Origin: Mobula birostris
Taxonomy: Eukaryota
Assembly (NCBI RefSeq): GCF_030028105.1
Contig: NC_092371.1
Span: forward strand, 233,800,031-233,864,030
DNA length: 64,000 nucleotides
Direction of reading: 5' to 3'
Made by a program: the position numbers and the translations under genes. Positions 13,370 to 26,687 of this stretch are shown in pieces. The notes under the pieces were generated by a model. It had not been told where the DNA came from and did no database searches. It saw only the letters and a list, made by a program, of their open reading frames with translations. Position 1 is the first letter of the stretch. Each line of letters opens with the position of its first letter.

Positions 13370-13742
13370 GGGGTGGATCTCATTGAAACCTATTGAATGT
13401 TGAAAGGCCCCTATAGAGTGGATGTGGAGAGGATGTTTCCTGTGCTGGGAGAGTCTAGGACCAGAGGGCACAGCCTCAGAATAGAGGGACGTGCATTTAG
13501 AATGGAGATGAGGAAGAATTTCTTTGGCCAGAGAGTGGTGAATCTGTGGAATGCTTTGCCACAGGTGGCTGTGGAGGCCAAATCATTGGGTATATTGAGA
13601 TTCTTGATTAGTCAGGTCATGAAGGGATACAGGGAGAAGGCAGGAGATTGGGGCTGAATGGGAAAATGAATCAGGCATGATGAAATGGCCGAACAGACTC
13701 GATGGGCCAAGTGGCCAAATTCTGCTCCTATAACTCATGGAA
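13370..13742 (+). mobile_element. CR1 LINE 3' fragment
   Basis: ORF 13397..13657 SRTRGHSLRIEGRAFRMEMRKNFFGQRVVNLWNALP, the CR1 ORF2 C-terminus. Confidence 0.88.
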
Positions 13743-14504
13743 AGAAACAGGTTGAACAGGGCTGGGGTGTGAGTGGGTGTAGGATCAACTGGATGAATCG
13801 GAAGAGAGAGATGGAGCAGGTTACCTGTAATTGGAGAACCGGGGAACATTAGTGGTCCAATTCCTTCCACTGATGCAGCCTAACCTCTTCTTCCTCCAGC
13901 AGTTTGTTTTGCTTTATTCCAGATTCCAGCATCTGCGGTCTCTTATGTCTTCAGATTAAAATTCTCTTCAGATTGAGCTTTACTATTTTCTTTACATTAC
14001 ATCAGGGGTTCTCAGCCTGGGATCCACAGGGCCCTTGCTCAATGGTATTGGTCCATGGCATACAAAGGGTTGGGAACCCCTACATTACGCAGGTGATCTT
14101 CAGTAAACTTCAGCAAAGTTCTGCCTGTACCCCTTTACTCCTGTGTATTACTTAATTAGCTGAAGTGGATTAATATAAATTAACATTCTATGTTTCTATG
14201 TAATATTAACTGAATTAAGAAAACTACTTGGTAACTGCCTTGTTATCATTCAAATTTGTCTAAGAATTGCAATGAAATAAATGATGCAATACAGCGTAAT
14301 AAAAATTAAAAAGGCCCATCTTGGAAGTGATGCATTTCAGTGATTTACTTGCTTGGCCAGCTCTGTCCACTTAGAACTCCAACCCAACAGTCTTCATGCA
14401 AACAGCCGGAGGAACTCGGTAGGTCCCAACTCTGTTCCAGATTCCAGCATCTGCAGTCTATTTTAATGTCATATTTTATGTACCTAACTACTTTAGTCTT
14501 ACTC

Positions 14505-15215
14505 CCATTCCTTTCCTTCCTCACCTCCATTCAGGGTCCCAAACATACCTTCCAGGTGAGGCAACACTTCACCTGCGAATCTACTGGGGTGGTCTATTGT
14601 GTACGGTCCTCCCAATGCGGCCTCCTCCGCATTGGTGAGACCCATCGTAAATTGGGGACCCAAAAGTGGAACTTCACGATGGCCAAACATTTTAATTCTG
14701 TTTCCCACTTCTATTCTGACATGTCGGTTCATGGCCTCCTCTTGTGCCAAAATAAGACCACCCTCAGGGTGGAAGAGCAACACCTTATATTCCATCTGGG
14801 TAGCCTCCAACCTGATGGCATGAATATTGATTTCTCCTTTTGGAAAGAAAAAAATCCTTCTCCCTCTCCTATTCTTCTATTCCGCACTCTGGCCTCTTAC
14901 CTCTTCTCACCTGCCTTAGGTTCCTTCCTCCTTCCCTTTCTCCTCTCCTATCAGATTCCTTTCTCTACAGCCCTTCACCTTTCCTACCTACTTGGTTTCA
15001 CCTATCTCCTTCCAGCTAGCCTCTTTCCCCTCCCCGCCCCCCATCTTTTTATTCAGGTGTCTTACGCCTTCCTTCTCAGTTCTGAAGAAGGGTCTTGGCC
15101 CAAAATGTTGACTGTTTTGTCATTTCCATAGATGCTGACAGACCTACTGAGTTCCTCCAGCATTTTGTGTGTGTTGCTTGAATTTCCAGCATCTGCAGAT
15201 TTTCTCTTGTTTTGT
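14505..15215 (+). mobile_element. Penelope-like retroelement 3' part: GIY-YIG endonuclease plus terminal repeat
   Basis: ORF 14340..15131 FTCESTGVVYCVRSSQCGLLRIGET...AKHFNS...EEQHLIFHLGSLQPDGMN, a degenerate GIY-YIG domain typical of Penelope. Confidence 0.88.
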
Positions 15216-15338
15216 GTGTGTTATTTTAGTCTTCTGCATTGATTGTTGCTTAGATAAGTACTAGGTAAAATTATACACAATATTTTTTCTCCCAATTTCA
15301 TATATAAAGTGAGGAGTGTGTATGGCAACAACGTAAGT

Positions 15339-15344
15339 TTTATT
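15339..15344 (-). terminator. Candidate TUBE1 polyadenylation signal (AATAAA)
   Basis: tttatt on + at the distal edge of a ~1 kb AT-rich, apparently non-repetitive block downstream of the TUBE1 stop. Confidence 0.4.
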
Positions 15345-16389
15345 AGAACTAGAGATATATTGTCATCAACTAAATTCTTTGGTCATATATACAAAACAGA
15401 TTTGGATGTCAAAATGCAGCTTCTATTTCAAATCACCATATGAAATAGACTTCCCAAACAGTGCTATATTAACTGGTAATATTATCTTTGGTTTTACATT
15501 TTTTTTAAAAATGGTGCAAGTTTCAGCACAGATTTCTTTTACAAAAATGATCACAACTGAATTAATTTAACCAAATGAGGATGTAAACCACAATAAATAA
15601 TGCAATCCAAAAAGGATCTTACAGGTAATCAAATATATTTTCTCTAATACACTGATTCACAGCTCTGAGGATTGCAAGTAGTTTAACACATTGTGAAGTG
15701 TTAGTTTAATTCCCTGGAGTGTACTGCAAAGTAACAAGCCTTCATGAACATACAACTATTGATGATAGAGAAACGCTTATTCATTGTAACCCAATGGTAG
15801 AGTAAATTGACTGACTTTGTCCTTCCAAACACCAGGTTATCAATATTGGTGTGCTATAATTAAATGTCAGAAATATTATAAAAATAGTTCATTATCTCAA
15901 TTAATCAAAGTATTAAGAGTGAAAACAATATAACTACTCATATGTACAATATTCCAACAGCTTTTCCTACTGATTCTGAGATACATCTGAAGATTATATT
16001 TTCAAATGACATTAGCAAGTATCATTTCCACAACATTCACACCTGAGAGCAGAGGGCGATTCAGGTTTGTCTCTTAACATGCCGAGATTGAGCCCATACC
16101 ACTGTACTGAACAGCAGTAGCTTCAAAACCTCCCTAAGATAGCCTTCAGATGAGCAGTATGAAGTGCCCACCAAATCGTCCCTGGAAATAATGAACTGCT
16201 TTGAAATAAATAATTCAGAAAATCTGCACAATAAAGATATAAAATAATGCCACTAAGAACATTTTATATTTTGAGGAATACATCTCACTTTCAATAAAAC
16301 TTGAAGGAGTGTTATTGTGTACCCAATTATTTCAGTATTATACATTAAATTTCTAAAGGAAATTTAGATTTAACGGCTTCATTATCCAA

Positions 16390-17075
16390 TACGGTTCTAT
16401 GCAAAAGTCTTGTATATAGCTAGGCTGCCTAAGATGGAGGATGAGAGGTAACCTGACAGGAGTGTATAAGATAATGAGAGGCATTGATTGTGTGGATAGT
16501 CAGAAGCTTTTTCCTTGGGCTGAAATGGCTAGCACGAGAGGGCACAGTTTTAAGGTGCTTGGAAGTAGGTAAAGAGGAGATGACAGGGGCAAGTTTGTTT
16601 TTTTTTAAAAAATGCTGAGAGTGGTGAGTGCGTGAAATGGGCTGCTGGCAATGGTGGTGGAGGCAGATACAACAGGGTCTTTTAAGAGACTCCTGGTTAG
16701 GTACATAGAGCTTAGAAAAATAGAGGGCTATGGGTAACCTTAGGTAATTTCTAAGTGCATACTTCTTGGCACAGTATTGTGAGCCAAAGGGCCTGTATTG
16801 TGCTGTAGGTTTTCTATGCTTGGAATCAAATGACCTTGCCTGGTGTCTCAAGGCTGGATGCGTTTGCCCCTGTGCCACCTTCCACCCTGGCACTCCTTCC
16901 CTGCCACCTGCACTACACCCCTCCCGTGACACTCCATCCTTGCCATTTCCAACACCCTTTGCCCCCACCTGATTTACAAACTTGCTCTCCGCTCCATGTT
17001 GACAAAAACAGTACTGTGCAAAACTCCTAGGCACCATAACTATACATATATGCATAAGGTTTTTCCACAGTACTG
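16390..17075. mobile_element. Non-autonomous Tc1/mariner-like element with palindromic CAGTACTGTG ends, interrupted by a CR1 3' fragment (~16434-16820), in the TUBE1 3' region
   Basis: Palindrome 17009-17075; shared internal sequence with copies at 26928-27075 and ~50918-51342; the 26928-26992 palindrome is flanked by TA on both sides. Confidence 0.65.
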
Positions 17076-17079
17076 TATT

Positions 17080-17238
17080 TTACGTAGCAATGGAAAGACG
17101 AGGAACATTGTTGATGATTTGTCCTTTAGTAGCATCCAGTTCGTTGTACTCTTCTATCAGGGATGTCAAGGAATTAGTTGCTTCTGTGAAACAGCTTTGT
17201 TCCATCCCATCCACATGAAGGTAGTGGTGAATATGAGC
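17080..17238 (-). CDS. TUBE1: TUBE1 exon 12 (terminal, stop TAA)
   Basis: AHIHHYLHVDGMEQSCFTEATNSLTSLIEEYNELDATKGQIINNVPRLSIAT*. Not in the ORF track; read by hand. The 12 exons sum to 1422 nt, i.e. 473 aa plus stop. Confidence 0.95.
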   Translation of the reverse strand, partial: AHIHHYLHVDGMEQSCFTEATNSLTSLIEEYNELDATKGQIINNVPRLSIAT

Positions 17239-17379
17239 CTGGAATGAAGTTACCATTGGTCATTAAAATAACCATGAAATATCCTGTGATTAATAGAAAT
17301 ATCCTATTAACATGGAAACAACAATATTGGAAATTAGAAGAGCTGATGATAGATTTACCCTTAGTGACAACTTCATCCA

Positions 17380-18010
17380 AGTTAAAGTCACTAAGATCAC
17401 ATTTCTTCCCCATTTTGAAGTTTGTTCTGAACAACAATTGAACCTCTTGACCACGTCTGCATGCTTCGATGCAACAAGTTGCCATAAAGTGGCCACTCAT
17501 TGTACGTGGGTCTTCTACTGCTGTAGCCCATCCACTTCAAGGTTTGATGTGTTGTGCATTCAGAGATGCTCTTCTGCACATTACTGTTATAATGTGTGGT
17601 TATTTGAGCTGATGTCACCCTCCTGTCAGCTTGAACCAGTCTAGTCATTCTCCTCCGCTCTCTCTCATTAACAAGGCATTTTCACCCGAAGAACTACTGC
17701 TCACTGCATGTTTTTTGGTAAACTGTAGAGCAGGGGTTCCTGAACTGGTGTCCACAGATCCCTTGCTTACTGGTATTGGTCCATGGCATAAAAGGTTGGA
17801 AACCCCTGCTCTAGAGACTATTGTGCATGAAAATCCCAGGAGATCAGCAGTTTCTAAGATACTCCAACCACCCCATCTGACACCAACAATCATTCTATGG
17901 TCAAAGTCACTTAGACCACATTTCTTCCCCATATTGCTGTTTTTTCTGAACAACTAAATTTCTTGACCATGTTTGCATGTTTTAATGGATTGAGTTGCTG
18001 CAACATGGTT
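17380..18010 (-). mobile_element. Tc1-like transposon remnants (two partial copies) with a nested hAT MITE at 17731-17808
   Basis: MGKKCGLSDFDHRMIVGVRWGGWSILETADLLGFS and ITTHYNS..QKSISECTT..TLKWMGYSSRRP are Tc1 transposase N-terminal remnants. MITE TSD ctgtagag/ctctagag. Confidence 0.8.
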
Positions 18011-19290
18011 GGATTTTTGTAAAAGCAAAAGAAAGGGCATACAATAAAGCAAAAATTAATGGGAAGATAGAGAATTGGAAGGTTTTTAAAAACCTACAGA
18101 GAGCAACTAAAAAATCATTAGAAAGGAAAAGATGAAATATGAAAGCAAGTTAACAAATAATTTCAAAATGGATAGTAAGTTTTTTTCAAGTACGTTAAAA
18201 ATAAAAGAAATGAGAGTGGATACAGGACTGCTAGAAAATGAAGAAGGAGAAATAATAACAGGGGACAAGGAGATGGCTGATGATCTAAATGAGTATTTTG
18301 TGCAAGTCTTCACCGTGGAAGACAATAGCAGTATGCCTGATCTTGTAGTGTGTGAAGGAAGAGAAGTGGGTGCAGTTACTGTTACAAGAGAGAAGGTGCT
18401 CAAGAAGTTGAAAGACCCAAAGGTACTTAAGTCTCTCAGACCAGATGAACTGCACCCTAGGGTTCTGAAAGAGGTAGCGATAGAGGTTGTGGTGGCATTA
18501 GAAATGATCTTTCAAAAATTATTGGACTCTGACATGGTGCCAGAGGACTGGAAAGTTGCAAATATCACTCCATTCTTTAAGAAAGTAGGAAGGCAACAAA
18601 AAGGAAAATATAGACCAGTTAGGCTGACCTCAGTGGCTGGGAAGATGATAGAGTCAATTGTTAAGGAAGAGGTGATGGAGTGCTTGGTGACACAGTACAA
18701 GATAGTACAAAGTCAGCATGGCTTCCTTCAGATAAAATCCTGCCAGACGAACCGGCTGGAATTCTTTAAGATTACAAGTATGACAGATAAAAGAGGATGC
18801 AGTGGATGTTGTATATTTGGACTTTCAGAAGGCCTCTGACAAGTTGCCACACATGAGGCTGCTTACCAAGTTAAGAGCCCATGGTATTACAGGAAAATTA
18901 CTGTTATGGTTAGAGCATTGGCTGATTAGTAGGAGGCAGCGAGTGGGAGTAAAAGGATCATTTTCTGGTTGGCTGCCAATGAGTAGTGATGTTCTGCAGG
19001 GGTCGGTGTTGGGACCACTTCTTTTTATATTGTAAATAAATGATGGAATAGATGGCTTATTGCCAAGTTTGCAGATGATACGAAGATTGGTGGAGGGGCA
19101 GGTAGTATTGAGGAAACAGGTAGGATGCAGAAGGACTTAGATTAGGAGAATGGGCAAGAAAGTGGCAAATGAAATACAATGTTGGAAAATGCATGGTCAT
19201 GCACTTTGGTAGTAGAAATAAATATACGGACTATTTTCTAAACGGGAGAAAATCCGGGAATCTGAGATGCAGAGGGACTTGGATTTTTGT
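18010..19290 (+). mobile_element. CR1 LINE ORF2 internal fragment
   Basis: ORFs 18132..18839 and 18802..19035: PDELHPRVLKE, VPEDWKVANITP, YRPVRLTS, YLDFQKA. Confidence 0.92.
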
Positions 19291-20479
19291 AGACATATCG
19301 CCCAGGGCATTTACCATCACTCATTGTCAGCCCATGCTAACGTTTCATTAAGGAATGAGATTTCTCCATCTACCATTTCATGTTCAGATGGGACAGTGCC
19401 TGCAACCAGAGCCTGACAGCTGAGCAACAGGATCAAGTGGACAATTACTGCAGTTTCAGGGAGGAGAGGTGTATGAAAATAGCTAATGCCTCCTCCTTTG
19501 CTGTAGATTTCTTGAATGCATGGTTTGTCTGAAGAGAAATAAACCTATGCATGGGCATTACATGATCAACAGATCAAAACGAAACTCCTTGGCTCAAAAT
19601 GGTTGGCAGCACACCTAGGGGAAGGAGAACAGTGATCTCAAACCTCTGCTGCCTTATGGTTATTCCTACTCATGGGGAAGGTTCTGGGAGTACGCCCCCA
19701 GGGAAAGATCCGGATCTGGAGTTCCCAAGGCAGTCCTACACCAAGTTCAATGTTGACTGGCAACTCCTGTGACACTGCTGGTACCAAACTGCATCGGTCT
19801 CTGCCGTTCCTTTGGGTTCATCAAAAGTGTGGAGAGGAGATTGCTCCATGAGCAATAGTTTGTTCTCTATATCATACTGCCGAAGTTTGCCTATCTAGAC
19901 AACTAGGACACAACATCCATGGACGACCCTGACTGACGGAGGCCTCACTCATGTATCAGCAGCTCAAAATCCGTAAGATGCCTCTAAAAATATTCAGCAA
20001 AATCTTTGTCGTCCAGCATTAACATTAATGAAATATACCATACAAAATTCAGACAGGTTTGAAAGGATGAGATGATCTTCACTGAAGACAAAAAAAAACA
20101 ATAAATTAACAATGGCTGTTCATTAAATACTACCAATTAAGACAATCCAATGAACTACGTAGATAGATTTGGAATAGCATTTGGTCATTAATCTGAAATG
20201 AAAATGATAAATGTTTTATCATAAAGTTGTAAAGTGCATTGAATAAAGAAATTAAGATCGGACATTTAAACTAAACATTTTATAGATCAATTTACCTATC
20301 GAGATGACACGAACTCCAAACTGGAATGGCCAGTGAGCCTTAGTTAGAACTACTCACAATAATCTGGAGGAGAGACGCTGAGCAGTACTAATTGGGTATA
20401 TTTAAGGCACAGGTTGATAGATTCTTGGTGAGTCAGGTCATGAACGGATACAGGGAGAAGGCAGGAGATTGGGGCTGAG

Positions 20480-21450
20480 AGAGATAGATAGAAACTTTAT
20501 TGATCCCGAAGTAAATTACAGAATCACAGTAGCATTAGAAGTGCACAGATATACAGATATTAGGAGAGAAGAAAGAATTTTAAATAAAAGTTACATTAAA
20601 AATAGATCAGAGCTGAACAGAGCTTAATAACAATCTATCAGGAGGGGGTCATTCCTTCTCCAACTATAGGTTGGCTTATTATTGAGCCTAACGGAGGAGG
20701 GCAAGAATGACCTCACCTAATGCTCTATGGAGCAGTGCAGTTGTCTCAGTCTATTACCAAAAGTACTCCTCTGTTCAGCCAAGGTGGCATGCAGAGGGTG
20801 AGAAACATTACCCAGAATAGCCAGGATTTTCCAGAGGGTCCTTTGTTCTATCACAGTCTCCAATATGTCCAAATTGATACCTATAAACAGTGCCAGCCTT
20901 TCTAATCAGTTTATTGAGCTTGTGGCATCACTTGCGCTGATGCCATGGCCCCAGCACACCTCCGCATAGAAGATTGTACTGGTAACAACAAACTGGCAGA
21001 ACGTGTGAAGAAGAGGCCTGTATTCCCCACAGAACCTCCTCAGGAAGTTGAGGCGACTCTGCCCTTCTTGCACACAGCCTGTGTCAGTGCTCCACTCCAG
21101 TTTGTCATCCAGGTGCACCCCCAGGTACTTATAGGTCCTCACCACCAACAGTACAAGGAAGCAATGCAGGCTTAGTCTTCCTAAAGTCCTTCACCATCTC
21201 CTTTGTCTGTTGTCCTTGTTGAGTTGCAGACGATTCAGCTTGCACCATTTGACAAAGTCCTCCACTAGGGCCCTGTATTCATCCTGTCGTCCTCCCTTGA
21301 TGACCCAACTATTGCTGAGTCAACAGAGAATTTCTGCAGATGACATGACTCGTGTATGCAAAGTCCGAGGTTATCAGGGTAAATAGGAAGGGAGCCAATA
21401 CAGTCCCACAGTCACATAAACTGTGGTGTGCCAGTTAGGTAGTCCATTTT
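20480..21450 (-). mobile_element. Degenerate Rex1/Babar-type LINE
   Basis: ORF 20906..21148 YKYLGVHLDDKLEWS...GQSRLNFLRR; tail ggatcaataaagt(tcta)n. Confidence 0.75.
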
Positions 21451-22253
21451 CCAGGAGAACAAGCAACTTGGCATGGCTGAACTCATGCAGTAGATAATAC
21501 AAACTCACAGCAGGCAGTTCAATACTGGACTGCAGATTTGTTCTTTCACAGAAATGTGACTGGGATTACACGATTTGTTGTTCACAAGCACAGCAAGCCC
21601 ACTTCCCTTCCTTTTACCACTGTAGATCAACTCTGTCTGCTCGTCACATTGAAAACCCATTCACAGTAGCGTTGGATTTGCTTGTGTAGCCATGTCTCGG
21701 TGAAACACATAACACTGCAAACCCAGTATACGTTTTGTGTCCGCTTGAGTATTGCGGGGGAAAGTGGATCAGCCATACTCGATGGGCCAAATGGCCCAAT
21801 CCTGCTCCCACATTTAATGATCTTATAACCTCTGCCTGAGAAAGAAAAGCAATAGCAGTGGCTCCACTTGCAGATCCAGTACAGTTTTTGTGTCCTTATT
21901 GTGGGCATCTATGTCGCTCACAACTTGGACTCAGCAGCTGTCTATGAACACACAACAGAACTGCACGTGACGCCCATGGGAGCAGGTGGTGGATGGTTGT
22001 ACAAGAAGCTGGTGCACATCACGAGTCCTGGTTTTGCAACCACTGACACCAAGCAGACAATCTCTGAAGAGTATTGATAATGGCTATGGATACCCATCTT
22101 GTAAAGACACTACCCAGAAGGTGGCAAAGGCAAACCACTTCTGTAGAAAAATTTGCCAAGAATAATCACGGCCATGAGACCATGATTGTCTCCATCACAT
22201 GACATGGCACATAATGATGATGACACTGAGGTAATGAGTTGGTTGTAACTTAC

Positions 22254-22428
22254 CCTTTTCTTGTAGAGTTTTACAAAGCGATCCTTGAGATCTGTGAAGG
22301 TCGATTTAACACAAGTATTATTGGCCAATGCCAATAAGGAATGTGTGTGTCCCACAGGAGGTATTGAGCAGAGGCTCGTTTTCCAGCCTTCTCGATTCCA
22401 TGAGACAAACTGAAGGGAAGGTTTCAAT
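22254..22428 (-). CDS. TUBE1: TUBE1 exon 11
   Basis: LKPSLQFVSWNREGWKTSLCSIPPVGHTHSLLALANNTCVKSTFTDLKDRFVKLYKKR; 175 nt. Confidence 0.97.
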
Positions 22429-22676
22429 CTGGAAGGAAGTATTGATGTTATTCTCTTATGACTCAACTGATGAATTGTAATTACAGTATAAATACAATTG
22501 CTGCCGTGCACATACGGACAAGAACTAAACAATTATTGCTGTAAAACTGAGAGAATTCTAAATAACTTGATGTCAGAACTGTTGCAAGTTGGTTTGTTTT
22601 CTCCTTCTCTAACTTCTTTCTAATTGGTTTCATTAATCTATTAATTAAGTAGCTCCATAAACAGCAGAATCACCTT

Positions 22677-23752
22677 GGCAACCCTAGCCTCACCCATTCA
22701 AAGATTCATTTTATTTCCATAGAAGGACTTTTCCTATAGATGCTGCCTGGCCTGCTGAGTTCCTCCAGCATTTTGTGTGTGTTGCTTTTATTATCAAAGT
22801 ATGTATGCAGAATACAACTCTGAGATTTGTCTTCTCAAGATAGCCATAAAATACAGAAAACCATTGAAGTTGTTGAAAGAAATCCATTCTCCCCCACACA
22901 AAAAGAAAAAGAAACAAAAACACACAAATCTTAAACACCCCCAACCTTTCCGTGTATAAAATCTAACAGATCACCCAAACCACCAGCCTGCCAATCTGCA
23001 ACAAGGAAGAATGGGCAAGAATATGAAAGAAACATAGAACTGAAAGAGGCCAATATGAACTACAGTCCAATTCATAAATCTCAGAATTTTGATAACATTG
23101 GCAAGAGTAACAGGACCCAGCGGCCTCTCTGAAGGTAGCGGCATGTACCAGCAGCCTTCTGAGAACCACTCGCTCTCCTCCACATATGCCTCAATGTTTC
23201 AGGCTTCCTAATATTTTAATCTGCAAGAAATGTAGGCAATCATGGCCCCTTGTCTCATCTCTGAGCTTCTCCTTGTGGTAGCTCGCACTCGCATTTCTCT
23301 CCTAGAGTTTTCTCTCCGGAGCAACAGAGCACTAGCTCACTCAATTGAACTACAGACTGTAAGTCACAGGCTCCAACAGTTTCCAAAACAAAAATAAGGT
23401 AAAAAGAATAAGTAGTAGAAAAACTGAAATGATTGTCTGGAGATGCTGCCGGAGGAATCGTTGCTTACTGGCGCCATCTTGACTGGAAGGTAAAAGATTT
23501 GCGAGTCTTTGTTTCTTTTTCTTTTTGTGTGGGGGAGAATGGATTTCTTTCTTTCAACATCTTCTATGGTTTTCTGTACTTTATGGTTATCTTGAGAAGA
23601 CAAATCTCAGAGTTGTATTCTGCGTACATATTTTAATAATAAAGGCAACACACACAAAATGCTGCAGGAACTCAGCAGGCCAGGCAGCATCTATGGAGAA
23701 GTCCTTCTATGGAAATAAAGTGAACCTTTGGAAGGGTGAGGCTAGGGTTGCC
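22677..23752. repeat. Long inverted repeat, arms 22677-22932 and 23494-23752
   Basis: Arms are reverse complements; also visible as near-identical ORFs 22711..22944 (-) and 23525..23803 (+) sharing YGYLEKTNLRVVFC.H.LIIKATHTKC.RNSAGQAAS. Confidence 0.9.
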
Positions 23753-24426
23753 TCTCTTAAACTGACTCACTTTCTCATTTTCCCACCTCTGATCTCCACT
23801 TGAGATGAAACATAGAAAGTATAGCACAGGGACAGGTCCTTTGGCCTGGAATGTTGAGCCAAACCAGCTGAGTAAATCACCCCCCCCCCCCCAAAAAACT
23901 AATCCCTCCTACCTACACAAAGTCCATATCCCTCCATCTTCCCCACATTCAAGTGACTCTAATGTATTTACGTCTACCACCATACCAGGCAGTGCATTCC
24001 AGGCATCCACCACTCTGAGTACAGAAACTTACCCCTCACATCCCCTTTGAACCTACCCACTCTCACCTTCAATGCATGACCTCTGGTATCAAGACGTTAC
24101 TACCCTGGGAAACAGATACTCCCTGTCAACTCTATCTATGACTCAAATGCTAACTGTTTCTCTTTTCACACGTTTCTTAGCTTTTTGAGAAGAAGTGTTC
24201 CTCCCTCCATGAAATAGTCGACAGAGGAAGCTCAGTAATAGACAACTCATCGTCAGGCCAGGTAAGATATTGGACTCTGTTCTTAATCTCAGATTTCCAG
24301 TACTCATCAACGGGGGAAAAAAAAACCCAATGGATTTCACATACAAGTTTAAAAATCAAAAGGCAACAGTATTAATTTAGTAAAAGGAACAACAATAAAA
24401 AAAAATGGTTTAGCATATTCTCAAAC

Positions 24427-24567
24427 CTCTCAATATTTCTTCTCAGGTCAGAAATCTGAACATTTCCCCGGACCATAAGTGCACAGGCAAGGTATAGGTT
24501 ACGTTTTGGATCAGCATGCATTAACTGGTGATCCTTACTGAAAGCATCAGTGAACATCTGATCCAAC
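24427..24567 (-). CDS. TUBE1: TUBE1 exon 10
   Basis: LDQMFTDAFSKDHQLMHADPKRNLYLACALMVRGNVQISDLRRNIE; 141 nt; gtttga donor. Confidence 0.96.
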
Positions 24568-26687
24568 CTGTTTAAGTAAACAAATAGGCAATCAGTCAAG
24601 CAAGCGCTGGAATTTTTTCCCTAGCAGGATACAAGTCCAATTTATAAACATACCTTTATTGTATTAAAACCTATTAAACCTACTCAACAATATCACAATT
24701 AGTATTAGTGGTATCACAGTAGCAGTACTATTAATTCAGGACAACTGCTGTGAAATTCCTTTTAAATGAAGCATTATTAACTTGTAGATTACATGATTTA
24801 ATCTATAGACATCAGTTCTGAAAGGAAATATCAAAATACAAGCATTTAATCTTGACTTTAATGACAAATCCTATTGTTGGTGGTGGAGCTCGGCCTAGTG
24901 ATAGAAATCGCCCGTCACATCCTCCGCCAGTCATGAATGGCATATGATCCAAGACCCCATTTAATTTCATAGAGTTTTGTTATCTGATTAGATAGCTAAG
25001 AGTATTGTTTTCCTTTATTTCAATCATTTTAATTATTTCTAACTGATTAATTAATTTTGTCTTCATATTTTCCAATTATTTCAATTTCAGTCTTTTTTTT
25101 AAAGCATCTCCATATAACAAGGCATTTAAAAACTTTAAAAATCAATGGTACTCTTACAAAAGGCAAGGACTTGTAGTCATTCAAAGCCCATCAAAGGAAG
25201 GTCCATTGAATTACACCATCTACTGCCCAGTTACTGCTGAGGAACTCGCAACTGAACTCATAGGGTGGAGATTCACCCAGAGAAATTCCTGGTAATAGGC
25301 CCAGCCAAAGTGATTTGGTCATTCTGAACTTCAAAATAAATTCTGGGTGTTCCCCCAACTCAAAGTACTTAAGTGGACTCTACATATCAACTTCATGCGA
25401 ACCAAAAATGTTTACATCAATCTTTCGTTCCCTAAAAGGTAGAAGCATTTTTTTTTCCTGTCAAGCTCAAGGTCATAGAAAGTGCTGACCCATCTTTGGT
25501 TTACAAACTCAGCACTGCTACCCTGATTCTGAATCAAAGGTTTGCACATTTGTTGAGTTAGCTGATTCAAGCTTTAAGTTTATGCTTCACCTATTCACCT
25601 TTTCATTTAAATATTTTTATTCTGTTATTTAGAGATGCAGTAACAGTCCATTGTAGCCCAAAGAACCTGCACCGCCCAATTACACCGATCTGACCAAATA
25701 AGCTACTGACATACATGTCTTTGGAATGTGGGAGGAAACAGACACGGTCACGGGGAGAATGTACACGTTCCTTACGGAGAGCGGCAGGAATAGAAACTGG
25801 ATCACTACTGCTGTAACAGCATTACACCAACTGCTATGCTACCGTGCAACCCCAAAATAAATATCTAAAGTATTCATTTAAAAATCTAAAAGACAGATCA
25901 AGCTTGACTGAATCAAAGTTCCTTTAACATATAGGTATAACTCATGCTGCTTCCTGTCAAATCCTGTTACTGTTTCCTTCTCACTTCTTTAAATTTGCAA
26001 TCACACCTGACATACTTTAATCTGTGGTTTATACTTTCTTTCTCATATCACTGAGAGTTCTCTTTCTACTTTCAAAACATGTTGACAACGTTCTGTTCCA
26101 ACTTTTCTCTACTGCTTCAAAGAATACCATCACAAGAGTTAAAAGAAAACAAGGAGGACAGAAATATTGTTCCATTATTTAGAATTCTTTCATAATCCTA
26201 ACCCCAATGCTATTATTTCCTTGTCACTACACACTTCCTTACATGCCTGATCTTTTATACCTTCTACGATTCCCTGAGCTGGGTTCTTCAGATCATTTTC
26301 CATCGTGGCAATCTTCTGTTCAATCCACATCCTTGCATGTACCTGGCACTGAATCGCTGCTTGCTCTCGGTCTTGCTAGTCGTTGCCTTCTCAGCTCGGT
26401 TCAAATGCCCACCCCTTCAAATTAACAAGAATCTTCTTAATTCTTCTCCCTTTTGGCCCAATCCTAGTCACTATTTTGTACATGTTCATTCCTTTTTCTG
26501 AAAAGTGTAAAGTGCTCCTAGGACATTCGGAATATTACAAGAACACCAATTGTTACGTGTCAGCCTACTCAATGCAAATGAGATTACAACTGATGAGCAG
26601 TTTCTGCACTGATGCAGGGATCCTCTCGTCCCAGTCCTAACATCAGTAACATCAGAGCAATGTTAACATTCTTTGTGAAAGTCCTAC

